Positions 12,631 through 24,730 of a stretch of DNA of 64,000 nt are shown piece after piece. Within the stretch, counting starts at the first letter, position 1; each line of letters starts with the position of its first letter. The position numbers were made by a program, and so were the translations under genes. The stretch comes from Chiloscyllium plagiosum (taxonomy: Eukaryota), in the NCBI RefSeq assembly GCF_004010195.1, contig NC_057715.1:106516824-106580823 (forward strand). Direction: 5' to 3'. Below the pieces are notes generated by a model. The model had not been told where the DNA came from, did not search any database, and was given only the letters and a program-made list of their open reading frames with translations.

Positions 12631-13653
12631 AGATAGGATAGTGAAGAAGACGTTTGGTATGCTTTCCTTTATTGGTCAGAGTATTGAGTACAGGAGTTGG
12701 GAGGTCATGTTGTGGCTGTACAGGACATTGGTTAGGCCACTGTTGGAATATTGCATCCAATTCTGGTCTCCTTCCTATCGGAAAGATGTTGTGAAACTTG
12801 AAAGGGTTCAGCAAAGATTTACAAGGATGTTGCCAGAGTTGGAGGATTTGAGCTATAGGGAGAGATTGAACAGGCTGGGGCCGTTTTCCCAGGAGCGTCA
12901 GAGGCTGAGGGGTGACCTTATAGAGGTGTACAAAATTATGAGGGGCGTGGATAGGGTAAATAGACAAAGTCTTTTCCCTGGGGTCAGGGAGTCCAGAGTT
13001 CGAAGGCATAGGTTTAGGGTGAGAGGGGAAATATATAAAAGAGACTTTGCGGGGCAACCTTTTCATGCAGACAGTGGTACGTGTATGGAATGAGCTGCCA
13101 GAGGAAGTGGTGGAGGCTGGTACAATTGCAATATTTAAGAGGCATTTGGATGGGTATATGAATAGGAAGGGTTTGGAGGGATATGGGCCGGGTGCCGGCA
13201 GGTGGGACTAGATTGGGTTGGGATATCTGGTCGGCATGGACGGGTTGGAACGAAGGGTGTGTTTCCATGCTGTACATCTCTATGACCCTATGACTCTACA
13301 AACAGACTTGAACCTAAGCGCATAGCCTCAGAATTAAGAAGAAAGATGAGGAGGGATTTCTTTAGTTAGAGAGTGGTAAATCTGTGAAACCCATTGCTGC
13401 AGAAGGCTATGGAGGCCAAGTCATTGAATGTATTTAAGACAGAGATAGATAGGTTCTTGATTAGTAAGGGAATCTAGGGTTAAAGGGAGAAGGCAGGAGA
13501 ATGGAGTTGAGAAACATATCCACCTTGATCGAATGTGGAGCAAACTTGATAAGCTGAATGGCCTAATTGCTCTTCTATTTTATGGTCAAAGGGAAATGTA
13601 GAAATTGATGCTTGTGTGAAACTATAGACTAACAACAAATCCCTTACATACCT

Positions 13654-13868
13654 CTGAGAGATTTTGCTGCCTAATTCAACGTATCAATTTCGATACATGA
13701 ACCTCTATAAACTGAGCCACCAGCTTACACTGAACCGGAGAATGAGAAAGGATGTGGGTGATGGAGATTTGGATTTATAGCAACACGTACATTTGAGATT
13801 CATGGACTTCTAATCTGTCAATATTTGTTCATCCACCTGTTTTTGTAATAATGTTAAAGACTCATAAT
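13654..13868. repeat. About 215-bp diverged direct repeat, copy 1
   Basis: Collinear with 14959-15172 from ctgagagattttgctgcctaattcaa to aatgttaaagactcataat. Confidence 0.88.
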
Positions 13869-14718
13869 ACCTTGGTTTCAGAAAAATCAAGTGTGAATAT
13901 TTATTCAAAGGATGTGGTAACTCCAAAACAGAAAATCAGTAATGCAGTACTGGAAACAGCCATAATCAAGATCCTGAGAAACATTTTGCACCTTTATCAG
14001 TTCTCCTGCTCGCTCCAGGCCAATGGACAGGAGTAGAATGATGTCGCCATTGGGATGAATAAATTCCAGGCCACAAAACCAGATTCAGAGTAAAACTTTG
14101 TTCAACCATACACTATCATGTACATTTTCTAAAAAAAATACAACATTATTCCAAAAGATTGCTCAACTGTTAGTTCCATAAGGAATATTTTGTTAAAGTA
14201 TAGGGTAAATGCTGCGGAGTTGATGTCAGTGTTTTTTTGAACAATACACCATTGTCTGCTCAGGATGAATTTTCTTTACAATCTTTTACCATAAATTTAT
14301 GCAATGTTTCTTTAAAATCTAGAATTTGCATAACGTTGAAGTTTCAGTCTTAATGCTTTGGTGAAAACAAACAGGCAAATTATGGGTCCTTGGATAGGAA
14401 TGTGAGTGAATTACTAACCATTCAGAACACAAATGCTGACACTATCATGAGTTTCCTTTTCAAATAACTGTATTCATAAATACATATATATACACGCACA
14501 CATAATGTTATTACATATATACATATCTGATATGATCATTTGTTATTTTTGGTGTTTTTGGAATTAGGGTGAGCAAGAGAAGAACAGCAGAATATGGATG
14601 AACGTTTATTAACCATATAATTGCGTCAAAGGAAAATTATCTTGAACATAAGTGCAAGAATTTTGGAAAGCCCATCAGAGCCAACAGATGTAAAGTAAAT
14701 TTGGTACTGATATTCAGG

Positions 14719-14882
14719 GCTGAAAATATGTTGCTGGAAAAGCGCAGCAAGTCCTGAAGAAGGGCTTATGCCCAAAACGTCGATTCTCCTACTCCTTGGA
14801 TGCTGCCTGACCTGCTGTGCTTTTCCAGCAACACATTTTCAGCTCTGATCTCCAGCATCTGCCAGTCCTCACTTTCTCCTAA
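14719..14882. mobile_element. 164-bp hammerhead mini-PLE (family A) with inverted arm
   Basis: 13-bp TSD ACTGATATTCAGG at 14706-14718 and 14883-14895; core GAAA mutated to AAAA. Confidence 0.9.
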
Positions 14883-14958
14883 ACTGATATTCAGGCACCT
14901 TCTCATTGACACATTGATCAACACTGAATTTCCACATGGGGTACTGGAGTCAATTCCA

Positions 14959-15172
14959 CTGAGAGATTTTGCTGCCTAATTCAATGCATAGATTTCAGTG
15001 CATGAAACATTATTGACTGAGCCACAGCTAATCCTGAGACAGAGAATGAGGGAGGGTGAGGGTGACGTAGATTTGGATGTTTAGCAACAGGCATATTTGA
15101 GATTCATGAATTTCAAATCTGTCAATGTTGGCTCATCCACCTGCTTTTTTAGTAATGTTAAAGACTCATAAT
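14959..15172. repeat. About 215-bp diverged direct repeat, copy 2
   Basis: Collinear with 13654-13868. Confidence 0.88.
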
Positions 15173-15227
15173 TGGCTGCTTGTTGGAGAAGATATTGTGC
15201 TAATCGCCTTGTTCAGAGATTGCTATT

Positions 15228-15310
15228 ACACACTTTTGGGGTAGGTGGGACTTGAACCCTGGTCTTCTGGCCTAGAGGCAGGGACACTACCACTGTACCA
15301 CACTAGCCCT
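15228..15310 (-). mobile_element. Short tRNA-derived SINE
   Basis: A box TGGTACAGTGG and B box GGTTCAAGTCC; related copies near 8820-8905, 10030-10120 and 40665-41200. Confidence 0.6.
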
Positions 15311-17089
15311 GTGTTAGGTGGGAGCAGGGGGGAGTTGGAGGAGGATAAGAAAGATTGAGGTGGTCCTGATTGGAAAAATAATTGTCAAGCCTACATTCCT
15401 TCTACACAATGTTTATGGAAACTCATGAACCTCGTTCAGAAATTATAAATCTCAGCCGCGCATTTTCTTGCCGTTCTGAAAAGAATCAAAGAAAAATTGC
15501 AAAATAAGGTGAAGCAATCTCTCAAGACCAAGCCCTTCTCCTCTGGTTGGGGTCCAGCTGTTGTTATCTTTTATTTGTTGCTCCATAAAAGCAATCACCA
15601 ACTCACTTCATTTCCACCTTTCCACTTGACAGAAATCCTGCAGCATAGGAATAAGAGTGACATTCTCCATCCAGAATGCTGGGACAATGTTGCCTGGATC
15701 TCCAGACAGCCCACGGGAAAGGTCAGACGTTGTTGGTCGGTGTGTGAGTTCGGTGGGGTGGAATATGAGGAAAGATGGGTCAGGAGGTCCAAAGCAAAGC
15801 CCTAGATCCAGCCTCTCAATCATGTACAGATTGCATGGATTGAGGGAATGTTATTTCCCCAACAAAATAACAGCCTACATGCACTGGATAACCATTCATG
15901 TAGGCCCATTCTTTCTCATCTTTGCCTGGAGCTGGAATAACTGCAGCTTAGTTTGGCCACGGTGGTCAGTAACTACTTATGGTTTAGCACCATCAAATTT
16001 AATTGAGTTCACTTCAGCATTGAGGCTTTGCGTTTTGGATCTGTGGCCATCTTTGGATTGCAGTGCTGTTAGCAATTCCTTCATCATCATTACTTTCAGT
16101 GACATTTTTTATTCTTATTCTCCACTTAATCAGTATTGACAGGTACAGAGGAGAAGCATAAGATGATTAAATACATGTCCTGCACCACACACAGGCCATA
16201 TGGTTTCATGCACTGGATAACGCACACGTTTATTCTGTACGTATACTTGATGACGCATATGGCACAAACAGATTAATACATAAATTGGCATGTGGTACAT
16301 TGCCAGAGGAGATGAGGAGAATGGTTTAATACAGGTGATTGTTAAGACCCAGAAACTGCAATGAAAGCAGATTTAATAATTGAAACATTGCCCACACTGC
16401 TCAACTTGGGAAGCCAAATAAGACCATTTTTTGAAGTCAATTTTAAATGTCACCAACTACTTTGTTGGTGAATCTGCGTAATCCCAAGTTTTGCAACCTC
16501 CTGTCCTACAGCCACAACAGAACTCATAGTGTACCTCATGAAATGAGCTTAAACAAATGACAACAGCAACAAAAAATAGGGAGGTATTAGCAATGAGTGA
16601 AAATTAAATTAATATACAAATTCAAAAACATAGATGCTTAGGGGAAGATATATGAACTTGCACATCAGATCAGATTCAATAACCTCAAATTTGATCTCAT
16701 GATCTGTGATGTCATTGACCTTTAACTATGTTGTTGGTTCTGTAAGCTTCCACACTGTTTATAGATAAAGGTATTATTACTCCTGTAGCAGGTTTGTTGC
16801 TGATGGACAATGAGAGAAAATATTGGTCTGATGGACTTTTTCAAATGCTTAATTCACCCTCTGATTATGTTGAGTCTTTACCAACTACCTATCCCCAAGT
16901 TTGGTTCAATCACTGGAGGGAATCTATCCCTCTTCGTTCAGATGGAGCAAAAATATAATCTCTGCACAAAGCACCTTTAGACACTTCAACGGTGCACTGT
17001 ATTACTTTAGGGATGGTGTAACCTCTGCTGTGTACATTAGGCCAATCAACCATTTAGGATAACTTTCATTGATGAAAACTGTGCCATTG

Positions 17090-17930
17090 CAAGATATCCA
17101 GTGCTAAAGATGTGGGCATTCATTGCTCGCCCATAATGACCCTTGAGAAGGGGATGGTCCATTTCTTTCTTGAACTGCTGCAGTCTGTGAGATGTACATG
17201 GGAGGAGTGGTATAGACATATTGGGCTGAAGGACCTGCTTACATGCTATAAACTTCGATGACTCTACATGCTTCCACAGTGCTGTTAGACTGGGACTTTC
17301 AGAATTTTGACTCAGTGATAACTTATGATGGCTGTGACTTTCCGGGGAATTTTCATTTGGTTTTTTTTTATACAAAAAGAATCATTCATGGGATGTGAGA
17401 ATCATCGGCTGAGTGACCATTTATTGCCCATCCTTAACTGTTGAAAGTCCACCAAGTTGCTGTGAGTCTGGAATCATATGGGCCAGAACAGGTAAGAACA
17501 GCACATTTCTGTTCTTTAAAGGACATGAGTGAACCAGATGGAATTTGCTCTCGAAAGCCAACAATCAACAGTCATCAAATTATTTTGGATTTTATGAAAT
17601 TCAAGTGTCATCATCTGTCATGGGTTTATCAGGATTAGCTAGTCCTGTGACATTACCACTACACCACCATCTCTTCCACGTTCCTGATCAACTTGTTCTT
17701 TCTCCACTTGTCTGAAAGGTATTGCCAGATAGTGAGTTTCTGCAATGCATCTTGGAGAAGGTACATGCTTCTGATGCTAAACTGATGCTGGAGGCAATGA
17801 ATGTTTAAGGTGATCTATGGAGGGACAATGGTGGTGAGTATTATTGGAGCTGCATTCATCCAAGCAAGTGGGGAATATTCTATCACACTTTTGATTTGTG
17901 CCTTCTAAATATTGGACAGGCTTTGTGAAA
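17090..17930 (-). mobile_element. Cluster of degraded SINE and CR1/L2-group LINE fragments
   Basis: catttattgcccatcc tails and homology to 55176-55505 and 44445-45375. Confidence 0.55.
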
Positions 17931-18834
17931 ACAGCAGTACAAACAGCAATATCAACATATTCTCCAGTTCCTTCAATAACGGAATGAAATTAGCCTTCAG
18001 TATCTGGACATCTATGTGGAATTAAGATTAGTGCGCTTCTATAATAGATTAGCACCAGGCTACTTTATAAGTAGTGAAGGTAGGAATTATCTCAAAGTAA
18101 AGTTTTGCAAATAAAAATGCTTACGGAAATCAATTGTAAGTTGAACTTGAGCTGTGAAAAATAGTTCTCTGCAAAGTAACAGCAACATAATAGAATTCTA
18201 AACTGCTGTGTATATTCCCACCTTTAGCATCATATAAGGTCATCAGAATGAATGGAGGTGAACCTTACCCGAATCGTATTCAAGTGCCTGTGTATACTGT
18301 CAGGAGCTGAAATGTGCCACTTGGAAATAGGCAAACATTAAGGTGTGGAATACACTGCCTGGAAGTGTGGTGGAGGCAGGTTCAATTGAGGCATTCAGGA
18401 GGGCAATGGATGATTGTTCGGATATGAATGGTGTGCAGGGACATTGGGAAATGACAGGAGATTGGCACTACATAATAGAGCTGGCACAGGCAGATGGGCT
18501 GTATGACCTCCTTCTGCACTGTAATAATCCTGTGACTCTGTGAAATATCTTGTTTATAGTAAGGTTCAGATTGATTCCAATACGTCAACTGATCAAACGT
18601 TTGTTTTACCACTGGATAAAATGGACAAATGAAGGATGTGTAGATGATAAGGAATTTTTAGAATTGATTTGATTATTTTTTAAATTCCTATCCTGGCCTT
18701 TCTTTGGGATATGATTTTCAGGCTTCAACTCTTTCCTCCATGCAGAAACTTGCGTGGAGAGTGCAGACAATACAACTGATTTTAATTTGCACCATCCTAT
18801 TCAACCTTGCTCTTACTGAACTATAACAGCTCAC

Positions 18835-18922
18835 ATTCTGGATTAGTGGTGCTGGAAGAGCACTGCAGTTCAGGCAGCATCCGAGGAGCTTCGAAATCGG
18901 GCAAAAGCCCTTCATCAGGAAT
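18835..18922 (-). mobile_element. PLE family A-related terminus, ribozyme partly deleted
   Basis: tattcctgatgaagggcttttgcccga...cctcggatgctgcctgaactgc on the minus strand. Confidence 0.75.
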
Positions 18923-19535
18923 AAAGATACAACACCATCAATCTAAAAAATGCATCCTTGTTTTCAAATCCCTCAATCTTTTTTCACTCAGCATTGCTAA
19001 CCTCTTCTTGCCCTACAAACCGATTGGGCTGGGAGATCTTTGCTCTCCCCAAGCCTAGCTTTTTGCGTGGCCCCAATTTCAACCATTCCGTTTCTGAAGG
19101 TTTCCTAGGCCCCAAGAATGGGAAATTCCTTCCTCAGCTTGGCCTCTTGCCCACCTGTCTCTTCTTCTCAAAGACACCCCTTTAATCATATTTCTTTGAT
19201 TAAGCTTTGGTCCCCTTTCCTAATGTCTCCTAATGCAGCCTGGTGTCGAAGGCTGCCTGATAACACTTCCATGAAGGAGTGTTGCAATGTTTTCATGAGA
19301 TTAAAGGAGTTACTGGTTCCTTGTGACAATACAGCTAATTCAGTCATTTTTGCATTCTCCAACAAGCAACACTGGGCAGCTGGGTCTTTCCTCCCTAATC
19401 CAAAGAAAGAAGCATCCTTTTGGATTTGACAATTCAGAATGAATTCAGAATGAATTGGCTAATTTATTTCCGTGTCATGAAGTGGGCAGTGTGATGATAC
19501 TTCAGTTTACACTTGGGTATCCCATGAAATGATTT

Positions 19536-19541
19536 TTTATT
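19536..19541 (-). terminator. Candidate poly(A) signal for P2RY8 (about 1 kb 3' UTR)
   Basis: AATAAA on the minus strand at the end of an AT-rich, largely repeat-free stretch; a second AATAAA at 19463-19468. Confidence 0.3.
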
Positions 19542-20555
19542 TCACTTGGAATCTGTTCATTGCTGACTTTTTCCGATATATTTGTGTTGATTTAGAGTTA
19601 GGATACGTCAGAAACATGCATGCAACAAATATTCCCACTATTACACTGTACTATGAAAGAAATGAAGGACCTCCTGAATATACAACAACACTACAATAAT
19701 GAATTGTATTTATAACTATCTCTTAATTATGCTATGCCTTCTGCAAATTACAAGAATTCCAAATCCGAAATTATATATAACAATGGAATTCCTGCAAAAA
19801 ACTTTATGAATATACAACAGGAAGATTTACTGAACTGAGCAGCATCAAAAGTTCCATATTGCTTATTGATTCCTGAGAAAAGTGTTAACCTGGGGTTTGG
19901 AAAATGGCAAAAAGCAAAATATCTGATAGAATTCTATAATAAAAACAGAAAGTGCTATAAACTACTCAACAGATCAAGCAAGCAGTTGCAGAGAGAAGGA
20001 GGTGGGAGTTAACTTAATGGTTCATGAGTCTTGATTGGAAACATTGGCAGATTATTAAGAGCTAAAAATGAAAAGCAAATCCTCCCCTTTCACTCCATCA
20101 AAGGGATTTAGATCCATGCATGTTCCCTTTGCTACATTCATCTTTCAACGGAGAGCTCAAGTTGTCTGTAGATCGTTATCCGACCATTTTCAATGGCATT
20201 CAGCAGTTGGTCATGTTGCTGCCTGTGGAACCCATTGCAAATGATTTTCAAATCTCCACCTTCTCACTCCTCAAAACCGAGGGGGAACCTCAACGGCTTC
20301 TGGCTGGAAATCATAACTGTGAACTAGGGAAACCATGGAATTAATGTGACAAGTTTTAAATACGTATCAAATCTGAGAACTACTCTCAGACTTGTGGCTT
20401 TGGAATTTTTCCATCTGCTTCCAGAGATGCATGAGCTCAAAGTTGGTTTCATGCTTAATATCTTAAGTCTGCAATCGAACAATCAGGAAACCTTCCTATC
20501 AGTTATAGGTTTGCTTTCAGTATACTACATCGCACTGTCTTCTGCCAACTTTAGT

Positions 20556-21596
20556 CTATACTGAATCATTTGTTGAATTCAAAGAGAGATGCATCTCCAA
20601 AGCTTGATGATTTTGTAAGCCCGACCGCATTGAGAACATGCTTTCCCTTCTGCATTCGGTTAGACTTCCTTGGCTTGAGATTATTGCTATCCCCAAGTAT
20701 GTTCTGAGCTTCTTACGAAACTCTTTGGAGGCAAAATAATAAATGAATGGGTCAAGGCAGCTATTTAAGCAGCTCAGGGTGAGCGTGACTTTGTAGGCTG
20801 TGTAAACCCCTCTGTTGAAAAAGATCCGTTTGATTATATGAACCAGAAGGATAAGGTTGTTGGGTGCAAAACACGTTACAAACACCAGCAGCACAATTAA
20901 AGCTAAACCAATAGCTCTCCTCTTTTGTGCACTGACATAACTTGAAGAGGTATTGATCAGCTTGGCAATGATCCGAATGTAACAATACACAGTCACACTA
21001 AATGGAATTAAGAACAGGATCATAAATAAAGTGAAAAGAAAAGCTGCCCAAGCTCCTTTGGAAGGTAGCATGTCCATCTTCAGAATGTCAAAGCACGTGG
21101 TAATATTGAGTTCATGAACGTCATATGTCAAATCCTTCATCTCCAGTGGCAGTAAGACAACCAACATGATTGCCCACATTCCTAGGCAAATTGCAATTGC
21201 ATGCTTCTTTGTCCGCCATCTGACACAGTGCATTGTGAGCACTACTCCTACATAGCGGTCCAAGCTAATACATGTCATCGTTAAGATGGAGCAGTACATG
21301 TTCGCGTAGAATAGCACAGTAACTACATTACACAGTTCAATTCCAAAGATCCAATTGTTACCGTTCCAGTGGTATGCACTCTGAAAAGGCAAGAAGATGG
21401 CCAGTAGAAGATCAGTGAGGGTGAGGTTGATCATGAAGATGATGGAAGGCGTCTTAGGTTGTGCTCGGCAGAGAAGAAACAATGAGAACCCATTCCCAGG
21501 CAGGCTGATGGTTGCAACAATGATGTAAAAGATTGGAAGAGTAGTCTTAATAGTTTGATTTGATAGCATTTCCAGAGTCTCATTATCCACTGCCAT
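20556..21596 (-). CDS. P2RY8: P2Y receptor family member 8 (class A GPCR), single coding exon, 346 aa from the conserved Met
   Basis: Intact 7TM ORF: MAVDNETLEMLSN..., PGNGFSL, PSIIFMINLTLTDLL, LCNVVTVLFYANMYCSILTMTCISLDRY, ITTCFDILKMDMLPS, VFVTCFAPNN, LSCLNSCLDPFIYYFASKEF, RRESMFS. These match human P2RY8 as I recall it (DNATLQML, CFDVLKW, RRESLFS). The ATG at 21596 has a strong Kozak context (ATCATGG); the ORF-track start at 21614 is a TTG. Confidence 0.93.
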   Translation of the reverse strand: MAVDNETLEMLSNQTIKTTLPIFYIIVATISLPGNGFSLFLLCRAQPKTPSIIFMINLTLTDLLLAIFLPFQSAYHWNGNNWIFGIELCNVVTVLFYANMYCSILTMTCISLDRYVGVVLTMHCVRWRTKKHAIAICLGMWAIMLVVLLPLEMKDLTYDVHELNITTCFDILKMDMLPSKGAWAAFLFTLFMILFLIPFSVTVYCYIRIIAKLINTSSSYVSAQKRRAIGLALIVLLVFVTCFAPNNLILLVHIIKRIFFNRGVYTAYKVTLTLSCLNSCLDPFIYYFASKEFRKKLRTYLGIAIISSQGSLTECRRESMFSMRSGLQNHQALEMHLSLNSTNDSV

Positions 21597-21643
21597 GATG
21601 AACTGGCACCTCAAATCGAAACCACTACGAGTGGATGGGTTTT

Positions 21644-21668
21644 CTTAAGAGAAGGAAAGAGCAGAACA
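21644..21668 (-). other. P2RY8: Splice acceptor of the P2RY8 coding exon (exon starts 21643, 47 nt before the ATG)
   Basis: Minus strand reads tgttctgctctttccttctcttaag|AAAACCC. Mammalian P2RY8 also has an intron just 5' of its ATG. Confidence 0.75.
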
Positions 21669-22487
21669 TTATTAATCAGAAATCAGAAATGGACTACCTA
21701 AAAAGAATGCTTTTGTCATAAGGGGAAATCAAATCTGCTTTTGAATGAGTGAATGTAGCAGTTCAAGAAGTCGGCACAATGCTACATTTTTGAAGGGCAA
21801 CTTGGAATAGACAAACAATGCCAGCCTTGTCAGTGATGCCCACAAAGCAAGAATGAATGACACAAATAACCTTGATTGAAATGGGTGGATGTAGAACTAG
21901 GAATCAAATCTTATTTTCTTGCTACTCTCAAATTTTAAAGCAGACTGCCGTTTTAAGCAGAATAATTAACTGTTGCAATGTGATGCCAGGGATTTATGAT
22001 TGGAAAAGGTGACTGCACAAACAACAAGTTGCATTTCTTTCACATGCTGTAACATCTGAAGACTCTCCACAGGAACAGCATCAGACTGAATTTGACACCG
22101 AGCTATAGAGAGTATCATACATAGAGCTTTGGGTAGCTTGGTGAAAGAGATTGGTGAGATGGAGTGTGGGAGAATGAAAGGAATTTAAGGGAGGAATTCC
22201 TAAGTTCAGAACCTAGGCATCTGAAGGCACAGCTACCAGTGTGGGAAGATGAAAATTAGGGATTTACAAGAGATATTTGGCTCAGTCATGCACCTATTTC
22301 TTACCTTTTTATGCTCCTATGCATGACTGAATAAGTTCTATTCAGTGGAGACCTTGGAGACTTGTTGGGACAAAACATGTTGTAGGAGTTGAGGCAATGA
22401 TGGCATGGAGGGATTTGAAAATAAAGATGAAATTGAGATGCTGTCAGACAGGGAATAAAACACAGGTCAGCAAATACAGGAATGAGC

Positions 22488-22590
22488 AAAGAGTGTGGTG
22501 CTGGAAAAGTACAGCAAGTCAGGCAGTATCCGAGGAGCAGCAGAATCGACATTTCAGACAAAAGCCCTTCATCAGTCCTCACTTTCACCT
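22488..22590 (-). mobile_element. Decayed hammerhead mini-PLE
   Basis: Minus-strand arm starting at ctgatgaagggc, joined to the forward tail remnant gtcctcactttcacct. Confidence 0.75.
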
Positions 22591-22685
22591 AAATGTAGGA
22601 CTGAATGGGATTAGTTTCACATTGGGCAATAGGCAGGAGGATGGTCAGATGTGCTTAAGTCTATATTGGTTGCTAGGAGAAACAG

Positions 22686-23123
22686 AGTCGAGAGTGTGGA
22701 ACTGGAAGGATTAGATTAGATTCCCTATACTGTGACCCAATCAATCTACACTGACCCTCTGAAGAGTAACCCACCCAGACCCATTTCCCTCTGATGAAAG
22801 CACCTAACACTATGGGCAATTTAGCATGGCCAATTCACCTGACTTGCACATCGTTAGACTATGGGAGGAAACCGGAGGCAAACCCAGGCTGACACGGGGA
22901 GAATGTGCAAACTCCACGCAGACAATCACCCGAGGCTGGAATTGAACCTGGGACCCTGGTGCTGTGAGGCAGCAGTGCTAACCACTGAGCCACCATGTCT
23001 GATGAAGGGCTTTTGCTCGAAACTTTGATTCTCCTGTGTCTCGGATGCTGCCTGACCTGCTGTGTCTTTTCAGCACCACACTCTCCACTCTGACCTCCAG
23101 CATCTGCAGTGCTCACTTGCTCC
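22686..23123. mobile_element. Hammerhead mini-PLE interrupted by an HE1-like SINE (22710-22997, minus)
   Basis: 15-bp TSD with one mismatch, TGC(T/G)AGGAGAAACAG, at 22671-22685 and 23124-23138; inverted arm 22686-22707, forward arm 22998-23123. Confidence 0.8.
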
Positions 23124-23489
23124 TGCGAGGAGAAACAGTTAAGTCCAGGGGGTATGTCTGTGTTCACAAGTGGAGGAGCATCTCTAAGCATAATAAATTA
23201 GATTTAGACTGCTTATTCTCAGTTGCTATACATTTCCTTCATGCTGTAATTTTGTTTCAGATTTATAGCATTTGCAAAGTTCTCATTAATCACTGTTCTA
23301 TGCCAAACATAATTTCAACAAAACATCTTTAGTTGCGTGAACATGTATGCTTCCACTTCCTGACCAACCATCTCATGCCTTTTCTGGTGTTGAGTCATAT
23401 TTGGGATGAAGTAAGACTGCAACTAATTTAACAATATATTTTTATCAGAATGAATTGAGTTAAGAGAGGAAAACAGTGAACCATGATAA

Positions 23490-23588
23490 ATAAATAAAGA
23501 AGTTGCTGGAAAAGCTCAGCAGGTCTGGCAGCATCTGCGAAGAGAAATCAGACTTAGCGTTTTGAGTTCGGTGACCCTTCCTCAGGAC
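23490..23588 (-). mobile_element. PLE family D terminus
   Basis: ttgctggaaaagctcagcaggtctggcagcatct...gacccttcctcag; homologous to 47015-47105 and 63795-63862. Confidence 0.7.
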
Positions 23589-24119
23589 TGGGATAGTTAT
23601 TATTCAGATTGGATGATGATCGACAACAATGTTCCCCAATTGTCAATGCTAAGGACCACTGTTTTTATCAAGATATGACTCGTAAATTGGAATAAAGAGT
23701 ATAATGTCAAAACATACCAAAAATAGCAAACTTGGTGTTGTGATAGATAGCAATCAACTGCAATAGGAGTTACAGGGAGTGAGCAGATTTGGCAGACGAA
23801 TGATGGGCAAATGGAAATTAAGACAGAGCAGTACGAGGTGTTGTATTTTTAATGAAGATTTAGGAAGAGCTGATACAGGCTTAATGATGTAAGGTACACC
23901 TGGACAGCAGTTTTTGAGGGTTGATGTGCACAGATCTATTAAGATCTTGAATCATGTTGAGGCGTTAAAGCAAATGGGATCTAGGACTTTTTTTTAAAAA
24001 GGCACTGAGTACAGAAGTTATGCTGAACAGGTGATGGAGTGGATGCTGCCCTTTATGGTGGAGTTTGAAACTATTGTGAAAACTGCACTGAGATGAGGAG
24101 AAATATTTTCCTCTCGGCG

Positions 24120-24730
24120 ATGAGTACAGGGGTTGGGAGGTCATATTGCAGCTGCACAGAAAACTGGTTAGGCCACTGTTGGAATATTGCATGCAGTTCT
24201 GGTCTCCTTCCTATCAGAAAGATGTTGTGAAACTTGAAGGGGTTCAGAAAAGATTTACAAGGATGTTGCCAGGGTTGGAGGATCTGAGCTACAGGGAGAG
24301 GCTGAACAGGCTGGGGCTGTTTTCCCTGGAGCGTCGGAGGCTGAGGGGTGACCTTATAGAGGTTTACAAAATTATGAGGGGCATGGATAGAATAAATAGA
24401 CAAAGTCTTTTCCCTGGGGTCGGGGAGTCCAGAACTAGAGGGCATAGGTTTAGGGTGAGAGGGGAAAGATATAAAAGAGACCTAAGGGGCAAGTGTTTCA
24501 TGCAGAGCGTGGTATGTGTATGGAATAAGCTGCCAGAGGAAGTGGTGGAGGCTGGTACAATTGCAACATTTAAGAGGCATTTGGATGGGTATATGAATAG
24601 GAAGGGTTTGGAGGGATATGGGCCGGGTGCTAGCAGGTGGGACTAGATTGGGTTGGGAATCTGGTCGGTATGGACGCGTTGAACCGAAGGGTCTGTTTCT
24701 ATGCTGTGCATCTCTATGACTCTATGACTC
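24120..24730 (+). mobile_element. Young HER1/CR1 3' end inside an older CR1 relic (about 23590-24955)
   Basis: ORF 24146-24646 is nearly identical to 12690-13210; ctctatgactctatgactcta tail. Confidence 0.92.

Larger units (their letters stand above)
11085..13298 (+). mobile_element. HER1/CR1 LINE (RT to 3' tail) carrying two PLE insertions
   Basis: GVPQRLVLGPLLFVIYINDLD...SKFADDTKIGG; ORF 12641-13093; ctctatgaccctatgactct tail. Confidence 0.92.
10300..13585 (+). mobile_element. Older CR1 LINE interrupted by a younger HER1 copy
   Basis: LGPQLFMLYINDL and LYKALIRLHLEYC; sequence breaks at about 11084 and resumes at about 13300. Confidence 0.8.

Noticed and set aside
12455-13066. 203-aa minus-strand ORF (and similar ones at 24071-24445 and 7308-7829)
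   Set aside because: Antisense frames of CR1/PLE sequence.
13900-14085. Minus-strand open frame reading FIHPNGDIILLLSIGLERAGELIKVQ
   Set aside because: Looks protein-like, but I cannot assign it and the splice signals are weak; needs tBLASTn.
15497-16139. 160-aa and 102-aa plus-strand ORFs, and an exon-like segment at about 15633-15721
   Set aside because: No recognisable protein similarity; I could not match them to expected neighbours such as ASMTL or AKAP17A.
20556-21614. 352-aa ORF starting MRCQFI as the true protein
   Set aside because: The first codon is TTG; homology and Kozak context point to the ATG at 21596, or to a spliced upstream ATG.
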